From: Pasteurella multocida
Lineage (GTDB): Bacteria; Pseudomonadota; Gammaproteobacteria; Enterobacterales; Pasteurellaceae
DNA length: 32,000 bases
Reading direction: 5' to 3'
NCBI RefSeq assembly: GCF_900187275.1
Contig: NZ_LT906458.1
Span: forward strand, 1-32,000
Numbering within the stretch: the first letter of the stretch is position 1; each line of letters starts with the position of its first letter. Below the pieces are notes generated by a model that did not search any database, was not told the DNA's origin, and saw only the letters and a list, made by a program, of their open reading frames with translations. The position numbers and the translations under genes were made by a program. Shown one piece after another: positions 1-10,049 of this stretch.

Positions 1-1356
1 ATGAAACCAGACCTATCTTCTCTTTGGCAAGAATGCCTTTTACAGCTTCAAGACCAGATTTCACTAACGGATTTTAGCACCTGGTTACGTCCTTTACAGG
101 CCGATTTTAGCGTACAAAATACGATTGTTTTGTATGCCTCTAATGTGTTTATTAAACAAAAAGTGGACGAAAGTTATTTGGCACAATTGACTAAAGTTGC
201 ACAAGAGCTCAGTGACAATGCTGAGTTAGTGGTACAGGTCAAAGTTGGGGTGAAACCTGAACCGAAGCCCGCGCAACCTTCTGCTTTGCCAACACATCAC
301 AATAAAGAAGAAAATAAACCGCAAACGGTTATTCGTTCTTATTTAAATCCCAAGCATGTGTTTGAAAATTTTGTGGAAGGTAAATCGAATCAACTTGCTC
401 GTGCAGTTGCACAAAAAGTGGCAGATAATCCTGGTGAACCGAGTTCCAATCCGCTTTTTCTGTATGGTGGTACAGGTTTAGGGAAAACCCATTTATTGCA
501 TGCTATTGGCAATGGTATTCTATCTCGTAATACAAATGCGAGAGTCCTATATATTCATGCTAATAATTTTATGCAACAAATGGTGAATGCGGTACGTGAT
601 AACAAAATGGATGAATTTAAAAAATTCTACCGCTCTTTAGATGCGCTGTTAGTGGATGATATTCAATTCTTTGCAGAAAAAGAAAAAACCCAAGAAGAGT
701 TTTTCCATATTTTCAATAATTTATTTGATACGGGACGTCAAATTATCCTGACATCGGATCGGTATCCAAAAGAAATTGAAAAACTGGAAGAGCGTCTGAA
801 ATCGCGTTTCGGTTGGGGATTAACTACCGCGATTGAGCCGCCTGAACTGGAAACGCGCGTAGCGATTTTATTAAAGAAAGCCGAAGAAAAGAACATTTAT
901 TTACCTGAAGAAGTGGCGTTTTTTATCGGACAAAAATTACGTACTAACGTGCGTGATCTTGAGGGCGCACTTAATCGAGTAAGTGCGAATGCGGAGTTTA
1001 TGGGGGCGGCGATTACAATTGATTTTGTACGCGAAACCTTAAAAGACATGTTGGCATTACAGGATAAATTGGTCACAGTAGAGAATATTCAAAAAGTGGT
1101 GGCTGAATATTATCGGATTAAAGTTTCGGATTTGAAAGGCAAGAGTCGCTCTCGATCGATTGCACGTCCACGCCAACTCGCGATGGCGTTGTCGAAAGAA
1201 TTGACAAATCGCAGTCTGCCAGAAATCGGGAAAAATTTTGGTGATAAAGATCATACAACGGTCTTGCATGCCTGTCGTAAAATTGCAGAATTGAGAGAAC
1301 AAGAACATTCTTTAGAAGAGGATTGGTCAAATTTAATCCGTACACTCTCTGTGTAA
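1..1356 (+). CDS. dnaA: chromosomal replication initiator protein DnaA
   Basis: 451-aa ORF beginning at base 1. AAA+ Walker [12 protein letters not shown], Walker B LLVDDIQF, and C-terminal DNA-binding helix [12 protein letters not shown]. Followed by dnaN and recF. Confidence 0.98.
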   Translation: MKPDLSSLWQECLLQLQDQISLTDFSTWLRPLQADFSVQNTIVLYASNVFIKQKVDESYLAQLTKVAQELSDNAELVVQVKVGVKPEPKPAQPSALPTHHNKEENKPQTVIRSYLNPKHVFENFVEGKSNQLARAVAQKVADNPGEPSSNPLFLYGGTGLGKTHLLHAIGNGILSRNTNARVLYIHANNFMQQMVNAVRDNKMDEFKKFYRSLDALLVDDIQFFAEKEKTQEEFFHIFNNLFDTGRQIILTSDRYPKEIEKLEERLKSRFGWGLTTAIEPPELETRVAILLKKAEEKNIYLPEEVAFFIGQKLRTNVRDLEGALNRVSANAEFMGAAITIDFVRETLKDMLALQDKLVTVENIQKVVAEYYRIKVSDLKGKSRSRSIARPRQLAMALSKELTNRSLPEIGKNFGDKDHTTVLHACRKIAELREQEHSLEEDWSNLIRTLSV

Positions 1357-1369
1357 AAAGGGGAAAAAT

Positions 1370-2470
1370 ATGCAGTTTATTGTTTCAAGAGAAAATTTAT
1401 TAAAGCCATTACAACAAGTGTGTGGGGTGCTAAGTAGCCGCCCAAATATTCCCGTATTAAATAATGTATTACTACAAATTCGTGGTGAGCGTTTAGTGAT
1501 TACCGGCACGGACTTAGAAGTTGAGCTCTCCACTGAAACTGCACTATTACGTACAGATGTGCAAGGTAGTTTTACTATTCCTGCCAAGAAATTTTTAGAT
1601 ATTTGCCGCAGTTTACCCGAAGAAGCGGAGATCTCAGTTAGTTTTGAAGAAGATCGTGCCATTGTGAAATCTGGTCGCAGTAAATTTAACTTGTCGACTT
1701 TACCAGCTGAAGAGTACCCAAATTTAACTGATTGGCAATCAGAGGTTGATTTTACTCTTGAACAAAGCACATTGCGTCGTCTGATTGAAGCCACGCAATT
1801 TTCCATGGCGAACCAAGACGCACGCTATTTCTTAAACGGCATGAAATTTGAAACAGAAGGGAATTTATTGCGTACTGTGGCAACGGATGGTCACCGTTTA
1901 GCCGTTTGTACCATTGCATTAGAACAAGACTTACAAACCCATTCAGTGATACTACCGCGCAAAGGGGTATTAGAGTTAGTCCGTTTACTCGAAAACACGG
2001 ATTTGCCCGCTCGTTTACAAATTGGTACGAATAACTTGCGTATTGATTTAGGCAATATTATTTTCACTTCAAAACTGATCGATGGTCGATTCCCAGATTA
2101 TCGTCGTGTCTTACCACGCAATGCAACACGTATTTTAGAAGCGGAATGGGATGTGTTAAAACAGGCGTTTGTGCGCGCGGCGATTTTATCTAATGAGCGT
2201 TTCCGTAGTGTTCGTTTACAGTTAAGTGAAAATCAATTAAAAATTACGGCAACCAATCCAGAACAAGAAGTGGCAGAAGAAATTATCGATGTTTCTTATG
2301 TGGGTGAAGAAATGGAAGTCGGCTTTAATGTAAGCTACATTTTAGATGTATTAAATGCGTTAAAATGTCAGCGAGTGCGTATGCGTCTGACCGATGCCTC
2401 GTCAAGTTGCTTAATTGAAGATTGTGACGATGCTAGCGCGGAATATGTCATTATGCCAATGCGTTTATAG
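1370..2470 (+). CDS. dnaN: DNA polymerase III beta sliding clamp
   Basis: 366-aa ORF 13 nt after dnaA with SD AAGGGGA. Typical clamp length, C-terminal end ...YVIMPMRL, and conserved dnaA-dnaN-recF context. Confidence 0.98.
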   Translation: MQFIVSRENLLKPLQQVCGVLSSRPNIPVLNNVLLQIRGERLVITGTDLEVELSTETALLRTDVQGSFTIPAKKFLDICRSLPEEAEISVSFEEDRAIVKSGRSKFNLSTLPAEEYPNLTDWQSEVDFTLEQSTLRRLIEATQFSMANQDARYFLNGMKFETEGNLLRTVATDGHRLAVCTIALEQDLQTHSVILPRKGVLELVRLLENTDLPARLQIGTNNLRIDLGNIIFTSKLIDGRFPDYRRVLPRNATRILEAEWDVLKQAFVRAAILSNERFRSVRLQLSENQLKITATNPEQEVAEEIIDVSYVGEEMEVGFNVSYILDVLNALKCQRVRMRLTDASSSCLIEDCDDASAEYVIMPMRL

Positions 2471-2487
2471 TTTTCTTTGCACACTGT

Positions 2488-3564
2488 ATGGCAATTTCAC
2501 GTTTACTGATTGAAAACTTTCGTAACTTAACAGCCGTGGATCTCGAATTTGATCACGGCTTTAACTTTTTAGTGGGTAACAATGGCAGTGGCAAAACCAG
2601 CCTATTAGAAGCGATTTTTTATCTCGGGCATGGTCGCTCCTTCAAAAGTGCGGTCAGTAATCGCATTATTTCTTACGAACAACCGCATTTTATTTTACAC
2701 GCCAAAATTCAAGAACAAGCCCATCAATGGTCTGTTGGTTTACAGAAATTACGGCAAGGAAATTCAGTTGTAAAAATTAATGGTGAAGATGGCAATAAAA
2801 TTGCCGATCTTGCCCATTTGCTTCCTATGCAATTAATTACCCCTGAAGGCTTAACCTTGTTAAATGGTGGTCCCGTTTACCGTCGTGCTTTTTTGGACTG
2901 GGGACTTTTTCATCATCATAATCACTTTCATTTAGCTTGGATAAATTTAAATCGTTTATTAAAACAACGTAATGCGGCGTTACAACAAGCCACTCATTAT
3001 CAGGCGCTTGAAATCTGGGATCGTGAACTAGTGAAACTTGCGCATCAAGTCAGTGAATGGCGTGCACAATATGCAGAAGCATTGCGTCCTGAAATTGAAC
3101 AGACTTGCCGCTTATTTTTACCTGAATTAGAGATCAGTGTGAGCTTTCATCAAGGTTGGGAAAAAGACAGTGACTATGCTGACTTGTTAGTTCGCCATTT
3201 TGAACGCGATCGTGCAATAGGTTATACCGTGTCGGGACCACAAAAAGCAGACTTTCGCTTTAAAGCCAATGGCTTGCCAGTGGAAGATGTGCTTTCTCGT
3301 GGGCAGTTGAAGTTATTGATGTGTGCACTACGCCTTGCGCAAGGTGAACATTTAATGAAGCAGAAAGAACGACATTGTATTTTTCTGATTGATGATTTTG
3401 CTTCGGAACTGGATCAATATAAACGCGCTTTATTAGCTGAGCGTTTGAAACAAAGTGGCTCACAAGTGTTTGTCAGCGCGATTACAGAAACACAACTAAA
3501 GCAAATGCAACCACAACAACACCGCACTTTTCGGGTTGAAGAAGGTTGCATTGCACCGCTTTAA
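2488..3564 (+). CDS. recF: DNA replication/repair protein RecF
   Basis: 358 aa. N-terminal Walker [14 protein letters not shown], Walker [13 protein letters not shown], and position after dnaN. Confidence 0.97.
   Translation: MAISRLLIENFRNLTAVDLEFDHGFNFLVGNNGSGKTSLLEAIFYLGHGRSFKSAVSNRIISYEQPHFILHAKIQEQAHQWSVGLQKLRQGNSVVKINGEDGNKIADLAHLLPMQLITPEGLTLLNGGPVYRRAFLDWGLFHHHNHFHLAWINLNRLLKQRNAALQQATHYQALEIWDRELVKLAHQVSEWRAQYAEALRPEIEQTCRLFLPELEISVSFHQGWEKDSDYADLLVRHFERDRAIGYTVSGPQKADFRFKANGLPVEDVLSRGQLKLLMCALRLAQGEHLMKQKERHCIFLIDDFASELDQYKRALLAERLKQSGSQVFVSAITETQLKQMQPQQHRTFRVEEGCIAPL
2646..2654 (+). repeat. Hin-type DNA uptake signal sequence core AAGTGCGGT
   Basis: Exact 9-mer read in the sequence, inside recF. 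Confidence 0.85.
3521..3529 (-). repeat. Hin-type USS core (ACCGCACTT on + strand)
   Basis: Exact reverse-complement 9-mer, inside recF. Confidence 0.85.
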
Positions 3565-3569
3565 ATGGC

Positions 3570-4328
3570 TTATTTTTGACTACAAACCGCAATAAAATTG
3601 AGCTTATTTTGTGGGTCATTAAAGGTTTTGAACATTTGTTTAAATTGTTCTCGATTTTCTGACTTAAGGGCATTTTTAATGATTCTAAAAGTGCCTAGAA
3701 CACCTTCGTCATAAAAGAGTCCTTTAGGGGAAAGTAAGGTCATTTCACCTGAATAAGCATCAATATTGCGGAAACCACATTCACTAAATAAACGTTTCCA
3801 GCCGTCTTTAGTTAATGGTGTAACTGTAACATTAATGACATCGCGTAATTTTTCCAAGATCTGTTGATGATCTTCTCCGACTAACATCACATCATGTGTG
3901 AGTAGAAAGCCGTTGGGCTTTAACACACGCCAATATTCTGTAATAGCTTTCTTTTTCGCTTCAATTGGCAACATGGTTAGCATGGCTTCATTAATCACAA
4001 TATCAAAGCTGTTATCTGCAAAAGGTAATTTCATCGCATTGGCACGTTGCACATGAATCAAATCTTGTAAACCTTCATTACAGATATTTTGCTTTGCTTT
4101 CTCTAGTGCGCTTTCATCTAAGTCAACCCCTTCAATCTGGCAACCGTATTGTTTGGCTAAGGCAATAGCCGTCGTTCCCATATTACAGGCGACCTCAAGT
4201 ACCTTTTTATTCACATGAAAATCACCATTGGCAATTAACCAATCTGTCGCGATTTTACCACCCGGGCGTAAGCGTGTTTTGCCTAAACGTGCTAAAAAAT
4301 TGTGTCCAACTTCTGTTTTACCCATCAT
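3570..4328 (-). CDS. class I SAM-dependent methyltransferase (substrate unknown)
   Basis: 252 aa. Rossmann motif I VLEVACNMGTTAIAL, acidic loop EGVDLDE, and motif FDIVINEAML. No DNA-methyltransferase DPPY/NPPY or PCQ motifs and no partner gene. Stop codon lies 5 nt from the recF stop (convergent). Confidence 0.8.
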   Translation of the reverse strand: MMGKTEVGHNFLARLGKTRLRPGGKIATDWLIANGDFHVNKKVLEVACNMGTTAIALAKQYGCQIEGVDLDESALEKAKQNICNEGLQDLIHVQRANAMKLPFADNSFDIVINEAMLTMLPIEAKKKAITEYWRVLKPNGFLLTHDVMLVGEDHQQILEKLRDVINVTVTPLTKDGWKRLFSECGFRNIDAYSGEMTLLSPKGLFYDEGVLGTFRIIKNALKSENREQFKQMFKTFNDPQNKLNFIAVCSQK

Positions 4329-4411
4329 GTACTCCTCAATGTGTTGAATTGATTTTAGCTTACCATGTTCAAATCAAAATAAGAATGAGAATTAACAGGT
4401 CATTTGAATAT

Positions 4412-4441
4412 AAAAAATGCGATCAAATGGATCGCATTTTA
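4412..4441 (-). terminator. rho-independent terminator downstream of crp (bidirectional shape)
   Basis: Stem ATGCGATC (4417-4424) / GATCGCAT (4430-4437), loop AAATG. Flanked by an A-run on the left and a T-run on the right. Lies 15 nt after the crp stop. Confidence 0.65.
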
Positions 4442-4456
4442 GCAGAGAACCGGGGG

Positions 4457-5098
4457 TTATCTTGTACCGTAAACGACAATGGTTTTACCATGTGCAGAGA
4501 TTAAATGCTGATCTTCTAACATTTTGAGGATTCGTCCTACCGTTTCACGCGAACATCCCACCATTTGCCCAATTTCTTGGCGCGTGATTTTAATTTGCAT
4601 CCCATCTGGATGGGTCATGGCTTCTGGCATTTTAGCCAGATTTAATAAGGTTTGTGCGATACGCCCCGTCACATCTAAAAAGGCTAGATTACTTACTTGT
4701 CTTGACGTATTTTGTAAGCGACGTGCTAGCTGAGCTGATAAATGCATTAAAATATCTGGGTTGACCTGAATTAATTGACGAAATTTTTTATAAGAAATTT
4801 CGGCAATTTCACATGGGCTTTTTGCCTTAATCCAAGCTGAACGTAATTGTCCCTCTTCGAAAAGACCAGCCTCACCAAAAAAATCACCTTGACTTAAATA
4901 AGTCAAAATCATTTCTTTGCCATCTTCATCTTTGACTAAGACTGCAACGGAACCTTTAATCAGATAATACAGCGTCTCGGCTTTTTCACCTGCATGAATC
5001 AATGTACTTTTGGAAGGATATTTGTGAATATGGCAGTGAGATAGAAACCACTCTAACGTAGGATCTATCGATGGTGTAGTTTGCATTTGTTCTTGCAC
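4457..5098 (-). CDS. crp: cAMP receptor protein CRP
   Basis: Near-identical over long stretches to recalled E. coli CRP ([63 protein letters not shown]). GTG start at 5098 lies 6 nt after GGAGG. Confidence 0.97.
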   Translation of the reverse strand: MQEQMQTTPSIDPTLEWFLSHCHIHKYPSKSTLIHAGEKAETLYYLIKGSVAVLVKDEDGKEMILTYLSQGDFFGEAGLFEEGQLRSAWIKAKSPCEIAEISYKKFRQLIQVNPDILMHLSAQLARRLQNTSRQVSNLAFLDVTGRIAQTLLNLAKMPEAMTHPDGMQIKITRQEIGQMVGCSRETVGRILKMLEDQHLISAHGKTIVVYGTR

Positions 5099-5137
5099 GG
5101 AAGACCTCCATAAACTAATTTTTCCGACAAAGTAGAA

Positions 5138-5356
5138 TCATTTTAACAAGTCCATTTTGTCTTTTATATCAATTGATTCGTGCAGTTCAGACCAAACTAT
5201 CACGACAGTACCTTGTTGAATTTGAGAAAGTAAAGCTTGTTTTTTTTGTTCTAAGGAAAGCTCACATTGACCATAGTCTGTCCCTTCTCTTAAAATGAAA
5301 CTCTCCACAATATTGTTTAACGTTTCTTCTTCCAATTCTTGCCAAGGAATGATCAT
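5138..5356 (-). CDS. yheU: UPF0270 family protein YheU
   Basis: 72 aa. [29 protein letters not shown]...[12 protein letters not shown] aligns with recalled E. coli YheU. Confidence 0.85.
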   Translation of the reverse strand: MIIPWQELEEETLNNIVESFILREGTDYGQCELSLEQKKQALLSQIQQGTVVIVWSELHESIDIKDKMDLLK

Positions 5357-5377
5357 ATTCTTACCTAAATTCAGATT

Positions 5378-5977
5378 TTATGCAAATAACCTTTCAAGCA
5401 ATCGCCATTGTTGCTCAAAACTTTGTTGTGTGGAATGGCGGAAATTGGAACGGACATAACGCATAAAGTGCCCTTCACACAGGTTCACCAGATGTGCCGC
5501 GATAACGCGCTCTTCATAGTCAAAACCTTTTCCTTCACGTAATTTTCGCATTTGTAAGATGTTGATGAATTGTAACTCAAGGCGATCAAAAAATTGGGCG
5601 ACGCGTGCTTGTAATTGCGGTTCTTCAAACATTAAGGCGTGTCCCGTTAAAATACGAGTTAAGCCGGGATTTTTGCGCGCAAAATCTAACACCATTTGCA
5701 TAATATTATGAACACGCGCGGCAGTATGGGTCTCATTTTTAACGGATTGCGTAATACGTGTGAATAAATGTGCTTCCAGATTATCAATCAAGGCTTCAAA
5801 CATTTTGGTTTTACTTGGATAGTAACGATAAAGCGCGGCTTCTGAAACACCTACTTCGGCAGCAATGCGAGCTGTTGTCATACGTTCCATTCCCCGTTCC
5901 GAATGCAACATATGTGTCAGAACGGTCAGCACTTGCTGACGGCGTTCTTTCAGACTGCGTTTTACTGGTTTTTGCAT
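5378..5977 (-). CDS. slmA: nucleoid occlusion factor SlmA (TetR family)
   Basis: 199 aa. [27 protein letters not shown] and [16 protein letters not shown] match E. coli SlmA. Lies directly downstream of dut, as in E. coli. Confidence 0.93.
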   Translation of the reverse strand: MQKPVKRSLKERRQQVLTVLTHMLHSERGMERMTTARIAAEVGVSEAALYRYYPSKTKMFEALIDNLEAHLFTRITQSVKNETHTAARVHNIMQMVLDFARKNPGLTRILTGHALMFEEPQLQARVAQFFDRLELQFINILQMRKLREGKGFDYEERVIAAHLVNLCEGHFMRYVRSNFRHSTQQSFEQQWRLLERLFA

Positions 5978-5980
5978 AGC

Positions 5981-6436
5981 TTATTGTTTACCCGAATGTC
6001 CAAATCCACCTTCACCACGCTCAGTTTGTGCAAAATCACTGACGACATTAAACTCAGCTTGCACGACAGGCACAAACACTAATTGGGCAATACGATCACC
6101 TACTTCCACTTTAAATGGCTCAGTGCTACGGTTCCACAGCGAAACCATTAATGGACCTTGATAATCCGAGTCAATTAAACCGACTAAATTACCTAAAACG
6201 ATGCCATGTTTATGACCTAAACCTGAACGAGGCAAAATAACGGCCGCCAGCGTAGGATCGGCAATATAAAGAGATAAACCTGTTGGAATTAACACGGTTT
6301 GTCCCGCTTCTACAGTCATTGGCACATCAATTAATGCTCTTAAATCTAAGCCCGCGGACCCTTCGGTTGCATATGTTGGCAAAGGGAATTCTGTTCCAAT
6401 ACGTTGATCGAGAATTTTGACATCAATTTTTTTCAT
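5981..6436 (-). CDS. dut: dUTP diphosphatase
   Basis: 151 aa. dUTPase motifs [30 protein letters not shown], and C-terminal [10 protein letters not shown]. Confidence 0.97.
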   Translation of the reverse strand: MKKIDVKILDQRIGTEFPLPTYATEGSAGLDLRALIDVPMTVEAGQTVLIPTGLSLYIADPTLAAVILPRSGLGHKHGIVLGNLVGLIDSDYQGPLMVSLWNRSTEPFKVEVGDRIAQLVFVPVVQAEFNVVSDFAQTERGEGGFGHSGKQ

Positions 6437-6451
6437 TCTTTGTCCTATTGT

Positions 6452-7654
6452 TTAAGATTGGCGGTAACGCGCAATAATTTGATTAACTAATTGTTTGGCT
6501 AATGTTTTTTTACTCTCTAATGCTAATTTTGTGCTGCCATTGTGCCAAAAGAGATGCAGGCTATTTTGGTCTTGCCCGAAGACTTGTCCATCTGATACAT
6601 CATTCGCACAAATCATATCCAGCTTTTTACGTTGTCGTTTGTCTTGTGCGTACTGCTCAACATGTTGGGTTTCCGCTGCGAAACCTACCGTAAATGGACG
6701 TTGTACCGCTAAATGCCCAACATCTGCAATGATGTCAGGATTTTTAACTAATGTCAGGTTGATTTCATCTCCTGCTTTTTTGATTTTTTGCGTCGCGATC
6801 TCAGCAACGCGATAATCTGCTACGGCAGCACAGCCAATAAATATCTGATTTTCGACCGCACTTTTGAGCGCTTGCTGATGCATGTCTTGAGCAGAGATGA
6901 CATTGATGCGCTGGACTTTCTCGGGTGTCGCTAAATTAACCGGACCTGAGATTAACGTGACTGTTGCTCCACGTTCAGCAAAGGCTTCGGCAATCGCAAA
7001 GCCCATTTTTCCAGAACTGTGATTACTAATATAACGAACTGGATCAATGGCTTCTTGCGTTGGACCTGCGGTAATCGCCACTTTTAGTCCCACTAAATCT
7101 TGTTGAGTATGGAATAACTCACAAAGTGCGGTATAAATTTCAGAAGGTTCAGACATACGTCCTAAACCAACATCCCCACAAGCTTGCTCGCCTGTATTGG
7201 GACCGACAACATGGTAACCACGTTGAACTAGAGCACTCAGATTTTGCTGCGTTATCGCTTGAGCAAACATTTGCTGATTCATCGCTGGAGCGAGTAAAAG
7301 GGGGGCTTTGGTTGCTAAACAAAGAGTAGAAAGCAGATCATTTGCCATACCAACGGTTAAACGGGCGAGAAAATCTGCACTTGCTGGCGCAATCACAATG
7401 GCTTCTGCCCATTTGGCTAATTCAATGTGTCCCATCGCTAATTCAGCTTGGGGATCCAAGAGAGACTGAGCCACGGCATTGCCTGAGATGGCTTGTAACG
7501 TTAAAGGAGTAACGAATTCTGCAGCAGCCGGAGTGAGCACTACGCGTACATCAGCCTGATTTTTGCGTAATAAGCGGATTAATTCGATGGATTTATAAGC
7601 AGCAATGCCACCAGTAATACCGACGACGATACGTTTTGATTGAAGGGGTTGCAT
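6452..7654 (-). CDS. coaBC: bifunctional phosphopantothenoylcysteine decarboxylase/synthetase
   Basis: 400 aa. N-terminal flavoprotein motif [13 protein letters not shown] and C-terminal CoaB domain ([10 protein letters not shown]). Upstream of dut, as in E. coli dfp-dut. Confidence 0.96.
   Translation of the reverse strand: MQPLQSKRIVVGITGGIAAYKSIELIRLLRKNQADVRVVLTPAAAEFVTPLTLQAISGNAVAQSLLDPQAELAMGHIELAKWAEAIVIAPASADFLARLTVGMANDLLSTLCLATKAPLLLAPAMNQQMFAQAITQQNLSALVQRGYHVVGPNTGEQACGDVGLGRMSEPSEIYTALCELFHTQQDLVGLKVAITAGPTQEAIDPVRYISNHSSGKMGFAIAEAFAERGATVTLISGPVNLATPEKVQRINVISAQDMHQQALKSAVENQIFIGCAAVADYRVAEIATQKIKKAGDEINLTLVKNPDIIADVGHLAVQRPFTVGFAAETQHVEQYAQDKRQRKKLDMICANDVSDGQVFGQDQNSLHLFWHNGSTKLALESKKTLAKQLVNQIIARYRQS
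6855..6863 (-). repeat. Hin-type USS core (ACCGCACTT on + strand)
   Basis: Exact 9-mer inside coaBC. Confidence 0.85.
7124..7132 (+). repeat. Hin-type USS core AAGTGCGGT
   Basis: Exact 9-mer inside coaBC. Confidence 0.85.
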
Positions 7655-7832
7655 GATGAATCCTCGCGCTTAATTCTTATTCAAATCAACAAAAGCCTTA
7701 TTTTACTGTAATTTTTGCCAAGAAAGAATGGTATTTTTGCGATCTTATTTCCAGAGTCGTGTGTGATCGTTTTCCTTGATAAGCGATATCAGTAATTTTA
7801 ATGCGTTATGTGATAACTAAGAGGATGATATC

Positions 7833-8507
7833 ATGCAGAATCAAGTAGAAAGCCTGAGTTTGATGCCACGTGAAAAATTATTGCGTTTTGGTGCACCGGC
7901 TTTAACTGATGAAGAATTGCTAGCGATTTTTTTAAGAACAGGGATAAAAGGCTGCTCCGTTATGCAACTTTCGCGACACGTTTTACAGCATTTCCATTCA
8001 TTAAGAGGATTAATGTCAGCCACACAAACTGAGTTTTGTCAGCTGAAAGGATTAGGGATAACGCAATTTATTCAATTACAAGCCTGTACTGAAATGAGTA
8101 AACGCTATCTACAAGAAGAATTAAAATTAACACAAGCATTTAAGAATTCTGAAAATGTGCGATTTTATTTACAAGCGACATTGGAAAATAAGGAACGAGA
8201 AATTTTTCAGGTCCTTTTTTTAGATAATCAGCATCGCTTGATTAAACAAGAAGAAATGTTTTTAGGGACGATTAATTGTACAACGATTCACCCGAGAGAA
8301 ATTATAAAAAGTGCACTTTTTTGTAATGCGGCGGCGTTAATTTTAGCTCACAATCACCCTTCTGGAAACCCCGAACCAAGTGCCTCGGATAAAATGGTTA
8401 CCACAAAAATCCAAGCAGCTGCTGAGTTAGTTGAAATCCGAATTTTGGATCATTTTGTGATAGGGAAAGGCTGTTACTATTCGTTTGCAGAAAATAGACT
8501 CCTATAA
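7833..8507 (+). CDS. radC: RadC/YicR-family JAB-domain protein
   Basis: 224 aa. LMPREKLLRFG N-terminus and JAMM motif ILAHNHPSGNPEPSASD. SD AAGAGGA upstream. Divergent from coaBC, as in E. coli. Confidence 0.9.
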   Translation: MQNQVESLSLMPREKLLRFGAPALTDEELLAIFLRTGIKGCSVMQLSRHVLQHFHSLRGLMSATQTEFCQLKGLGITQFIQLQACTEMSKRYLQEELKLTQAFKNSENVRFYLQATLENKEREIFQVLFLDNQHRLIKQEEMFLGTINCTTIHPREIIKSALFCNAAALILAHNHPSGNPEPSASDKMVTTKIQAAAELVEIRILDHFVIGKGCYYSFAENRLL

Positions 8508-8577
8508 GGTTTTTTGTTACCATTCAATTCCTTGGCGAAAATTTTTACATTTATTTGTTGAAATGTGGTATTTAGGC

Positions 8578-8606
8578 TTGAGAATAAAAGATAAAGTGAG
8601 TATAAT
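8578..8606 (+). promoter_or_regulatory. candidate sigma70 promoter of rpmB-rpmG
   Basis: TTGAGA (8578-8583), 17-nt spacer, consensus TATAAT (8601-8606). Leaves a leader of roughly 140 nt before rpmB. Confidence 0.5.
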
Positions 8607-8748
8607 TCACCACCTTTAATATAGTATGCGGGTCGGTTACAGCGACCTGACGAGGTTGCGTTTAAAACGCATAAAGTCGATATTGACACCGTTTTAATGT
8701 AATCCGAACCCTAAGCTCGAGCTTATATTTGATTTATTGGAGATTAAT

Positions 8749-8985
8749 ATGTCTAGAGTCTGTCAAGTAACAGGCAAGCGTCCAGCAGTTGGTAACAACC
8801 GTTCACACGCAATGAACGCGACTAAGCGTCGTTTTCTACCAAACCTTCACACTCACCGTTTCTGGGTTGAGAGCGAAAAACGTTTCGTAACTTTACGCTT
8901 AACAGCGAAAGGTATGCGTATTATCGATAAAAAAGGCATTGATGCAGTTTTAGCTGATATCCGTGCTCGTGGCGAGAAAATCTAA
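8749..8985 (+). CDS. rpmB: 50S ribosomal protein L28
   Basis: 78 aa, [36 protein letters not shown] at 8749 lies 6 nt after GGAG. The ORF-track start at 8737 is a TTG extension. Confidence 0.96.
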   Translation: MSRVCQVTGKRPAVGNNRSHAMNATKRRFLPNLHTHRFWVESEKRFVTLRLTAKGMRIIDKKGIDAVLADIRARGEKI

Positions 8986-8996
8986 GGAGCTAAAAC

Positions 8997-9167
8997 ATGG
9001 CAGCTAAAGGACCTCGTGAGAAAATCAAATTAGTTTCAACTGCAGAAACTGGTCATTTTTACACTACAACAAAAAACAAACGTAATATGCCTGAAAAAAT
9101 GGAAATCAAAAAATACGATCCAGTTGTGCGTAAACACGTTGTTTATAAAGAAGCTAAAATCAAATAA
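8997..9167 (+). CDS. rpmG: 50S ribosomal protein L33
   Basis: Hand-translated 56 aa: [64 protein letters not shown] upstream. Absent from the ORF track, probably because it is short. Confidence 0.95.
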
Positions 9168-9184
9168 TTTTAGTCCTATTTTGA

Positions 9185-9211
9185 AAAACCCGACATTGTT
9201 CGGGTTTTTTT
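9185..9211 (+). terminator. rho-independent terminator/attenuator after rpmG
   Basis: Stem AACCCGA (9187-9193) / TCGGGTT (9200-9206), loop CATTGT, then a run of 7 T. Lies inside the spurious N-terminal extension of the mutM ORF. Confidence 0.7.
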
Positions 9212-9234
9212 ATAACAGAAATTTGAGGAACGCC

Positions 9235-10047
9235 ATGCCAGAATTACCTGAAGTTGAAACCACAAAAAATGGAATTAGCCCTTATCTTGAAGGGGCTATC
9301 ATTGAAAAAATTGTTGTTCGCCAACCGAAATTACGCTGGATGGTAAGCGAAGAATTAGCGCAAATTACACAACAAAAAGTCATCGCATTAAGTCGCCGTG
9401 CGAAGTATTTAATTATCCAACTTGAAACAGGCTATATGATTGGACATTTAGGGATGTCAGGGTCATTGAGAGTTGTGGAGAAAGAGGATCTTATTGATAA
9501 ACATGATCATCTTGATATCGTAGTGAATAACGGAAAAGTTGTGCGTTATAACGATCCTCGTCGTTTTGGCGCGTGGTTATGGACAGAGAAGTTGGACGAA
9601 TTTCCTCTTTTTCTGAAATTAGGTCCAGAGCCTCTGTCTGAGGAATTTGATTCTGATTACTTGTGGCAAAAAAGTCGTAAAAAACAGACCGCACTTAAAA
9701 CTTTTTTAATGGATAATGCTGTCGTCGTTGGCGTTGGGAATATCTATGCGAATGAAACGTTATTTCTTTGTAACCTACATCCGCAAAAAACAGCAGGGAG
9801 TTTAACTAAGGCACAATGTGGGCAGTTAGTAGAACAAATAAAACAAGTGCTGTCTAACGCAATCCAACAAGGTGGTACGACGCTAAAAGATTTTCTCCAA
9901 CCGGATGGACGTCCAGGCTATTTTGTCCAAGAATTGCGGGTTTATGGTAATAAGGATAAGCCTTGTCCAACATGTGGCACAAAAATAGAAAGTTTAGTGA
10001 TAGGGCAACGAAATAGTTTCTATTGCCCCAAGTGTCAGAAGAGATAA
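9235..10047 (+). CDS. mutM: formamidopyrimidine-DNA glycosylase
   Basis: 270 aa starting MPELPEVET (catalytic Pro2/Glu3). C-terminal zinc finger [32 protein letters not shown] lies 5 nt upstream. Confidence 0.96.
   Translation: MPELPEVETTKNGISPYLEGAIIEKIVVRQPKLRWMVSEELAQITQQKVIALSRRAKYLIIQLETGYMIGHLGMSGSLRVVEKEDLIDKHDHLDIVVNNGKVVRYNDPRRFGAWLWTEKLDEFPLFLKLGPEPLSEEFDSDYLWQKSRKKQTALKTFLMDNAVVVGVGNIYANETLFLCNLHPQKTAGSLTKAQCGQLVEQIKQVLSNAIQQGGTTLKDFLQPDGRPGYFVQELRVYGNKDKPCPTCGTKIESLVIGQRNSFYCPKCQKR
9688..9696 (-). repeat. Hin-type USS core (ACCGCACTT on + strand)
   Basis: Exact 9-mer inside mutM. Confidence 0.85.
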
Positions 10048-10049
10048 GA

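Noticed and set aside
1333-1806. 157-aa minus-strand ORF antisense to dnaN, plus the 83-aa and 75-aa ORFs antisense to the dnaA 3' end
   Set aside because: They lie entirely inside highly conserved genes on the opposite strand. They have no SD or promoter context and an odd, Ser/Cys-rich composition. These are typical shadow ORFs.
3570-4328. Methyltransferase considered as part of a restriction-modification or other defence system
   Set aside because: It has no DNA-methyltransferase catalytic motifs. There is no adjacent nuclease, specificity or helicase gene, and it is flanked by recF and crp.
4274-4504. 76-aa plus-strand ORF across the methyltransferase/crp intergenic region
   Set aside because: It overlaps the 5' end of the methyltransferase, the crp terminator hairpin and the crp 3' end. 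It has no SD.
8477-8689. 70-aa minus-strand ORF in the radC-rpmB spacer
   Set aside because: It overlaps the predicted rpmB promoter and leader. It has no SD and no recognisable sequence features. The region is better explained as the 5' UTR of the ribosomal protein operon.
9124-9234. 37-codon N-terminal extension of mutM in the ORF track
   Set aside because: It runs through the rpmG 3' end and across the rpmG terminator hairpin. Fpg requires Pro2 as its catalytic residue, so the start must be MPELPEVE at 9235.
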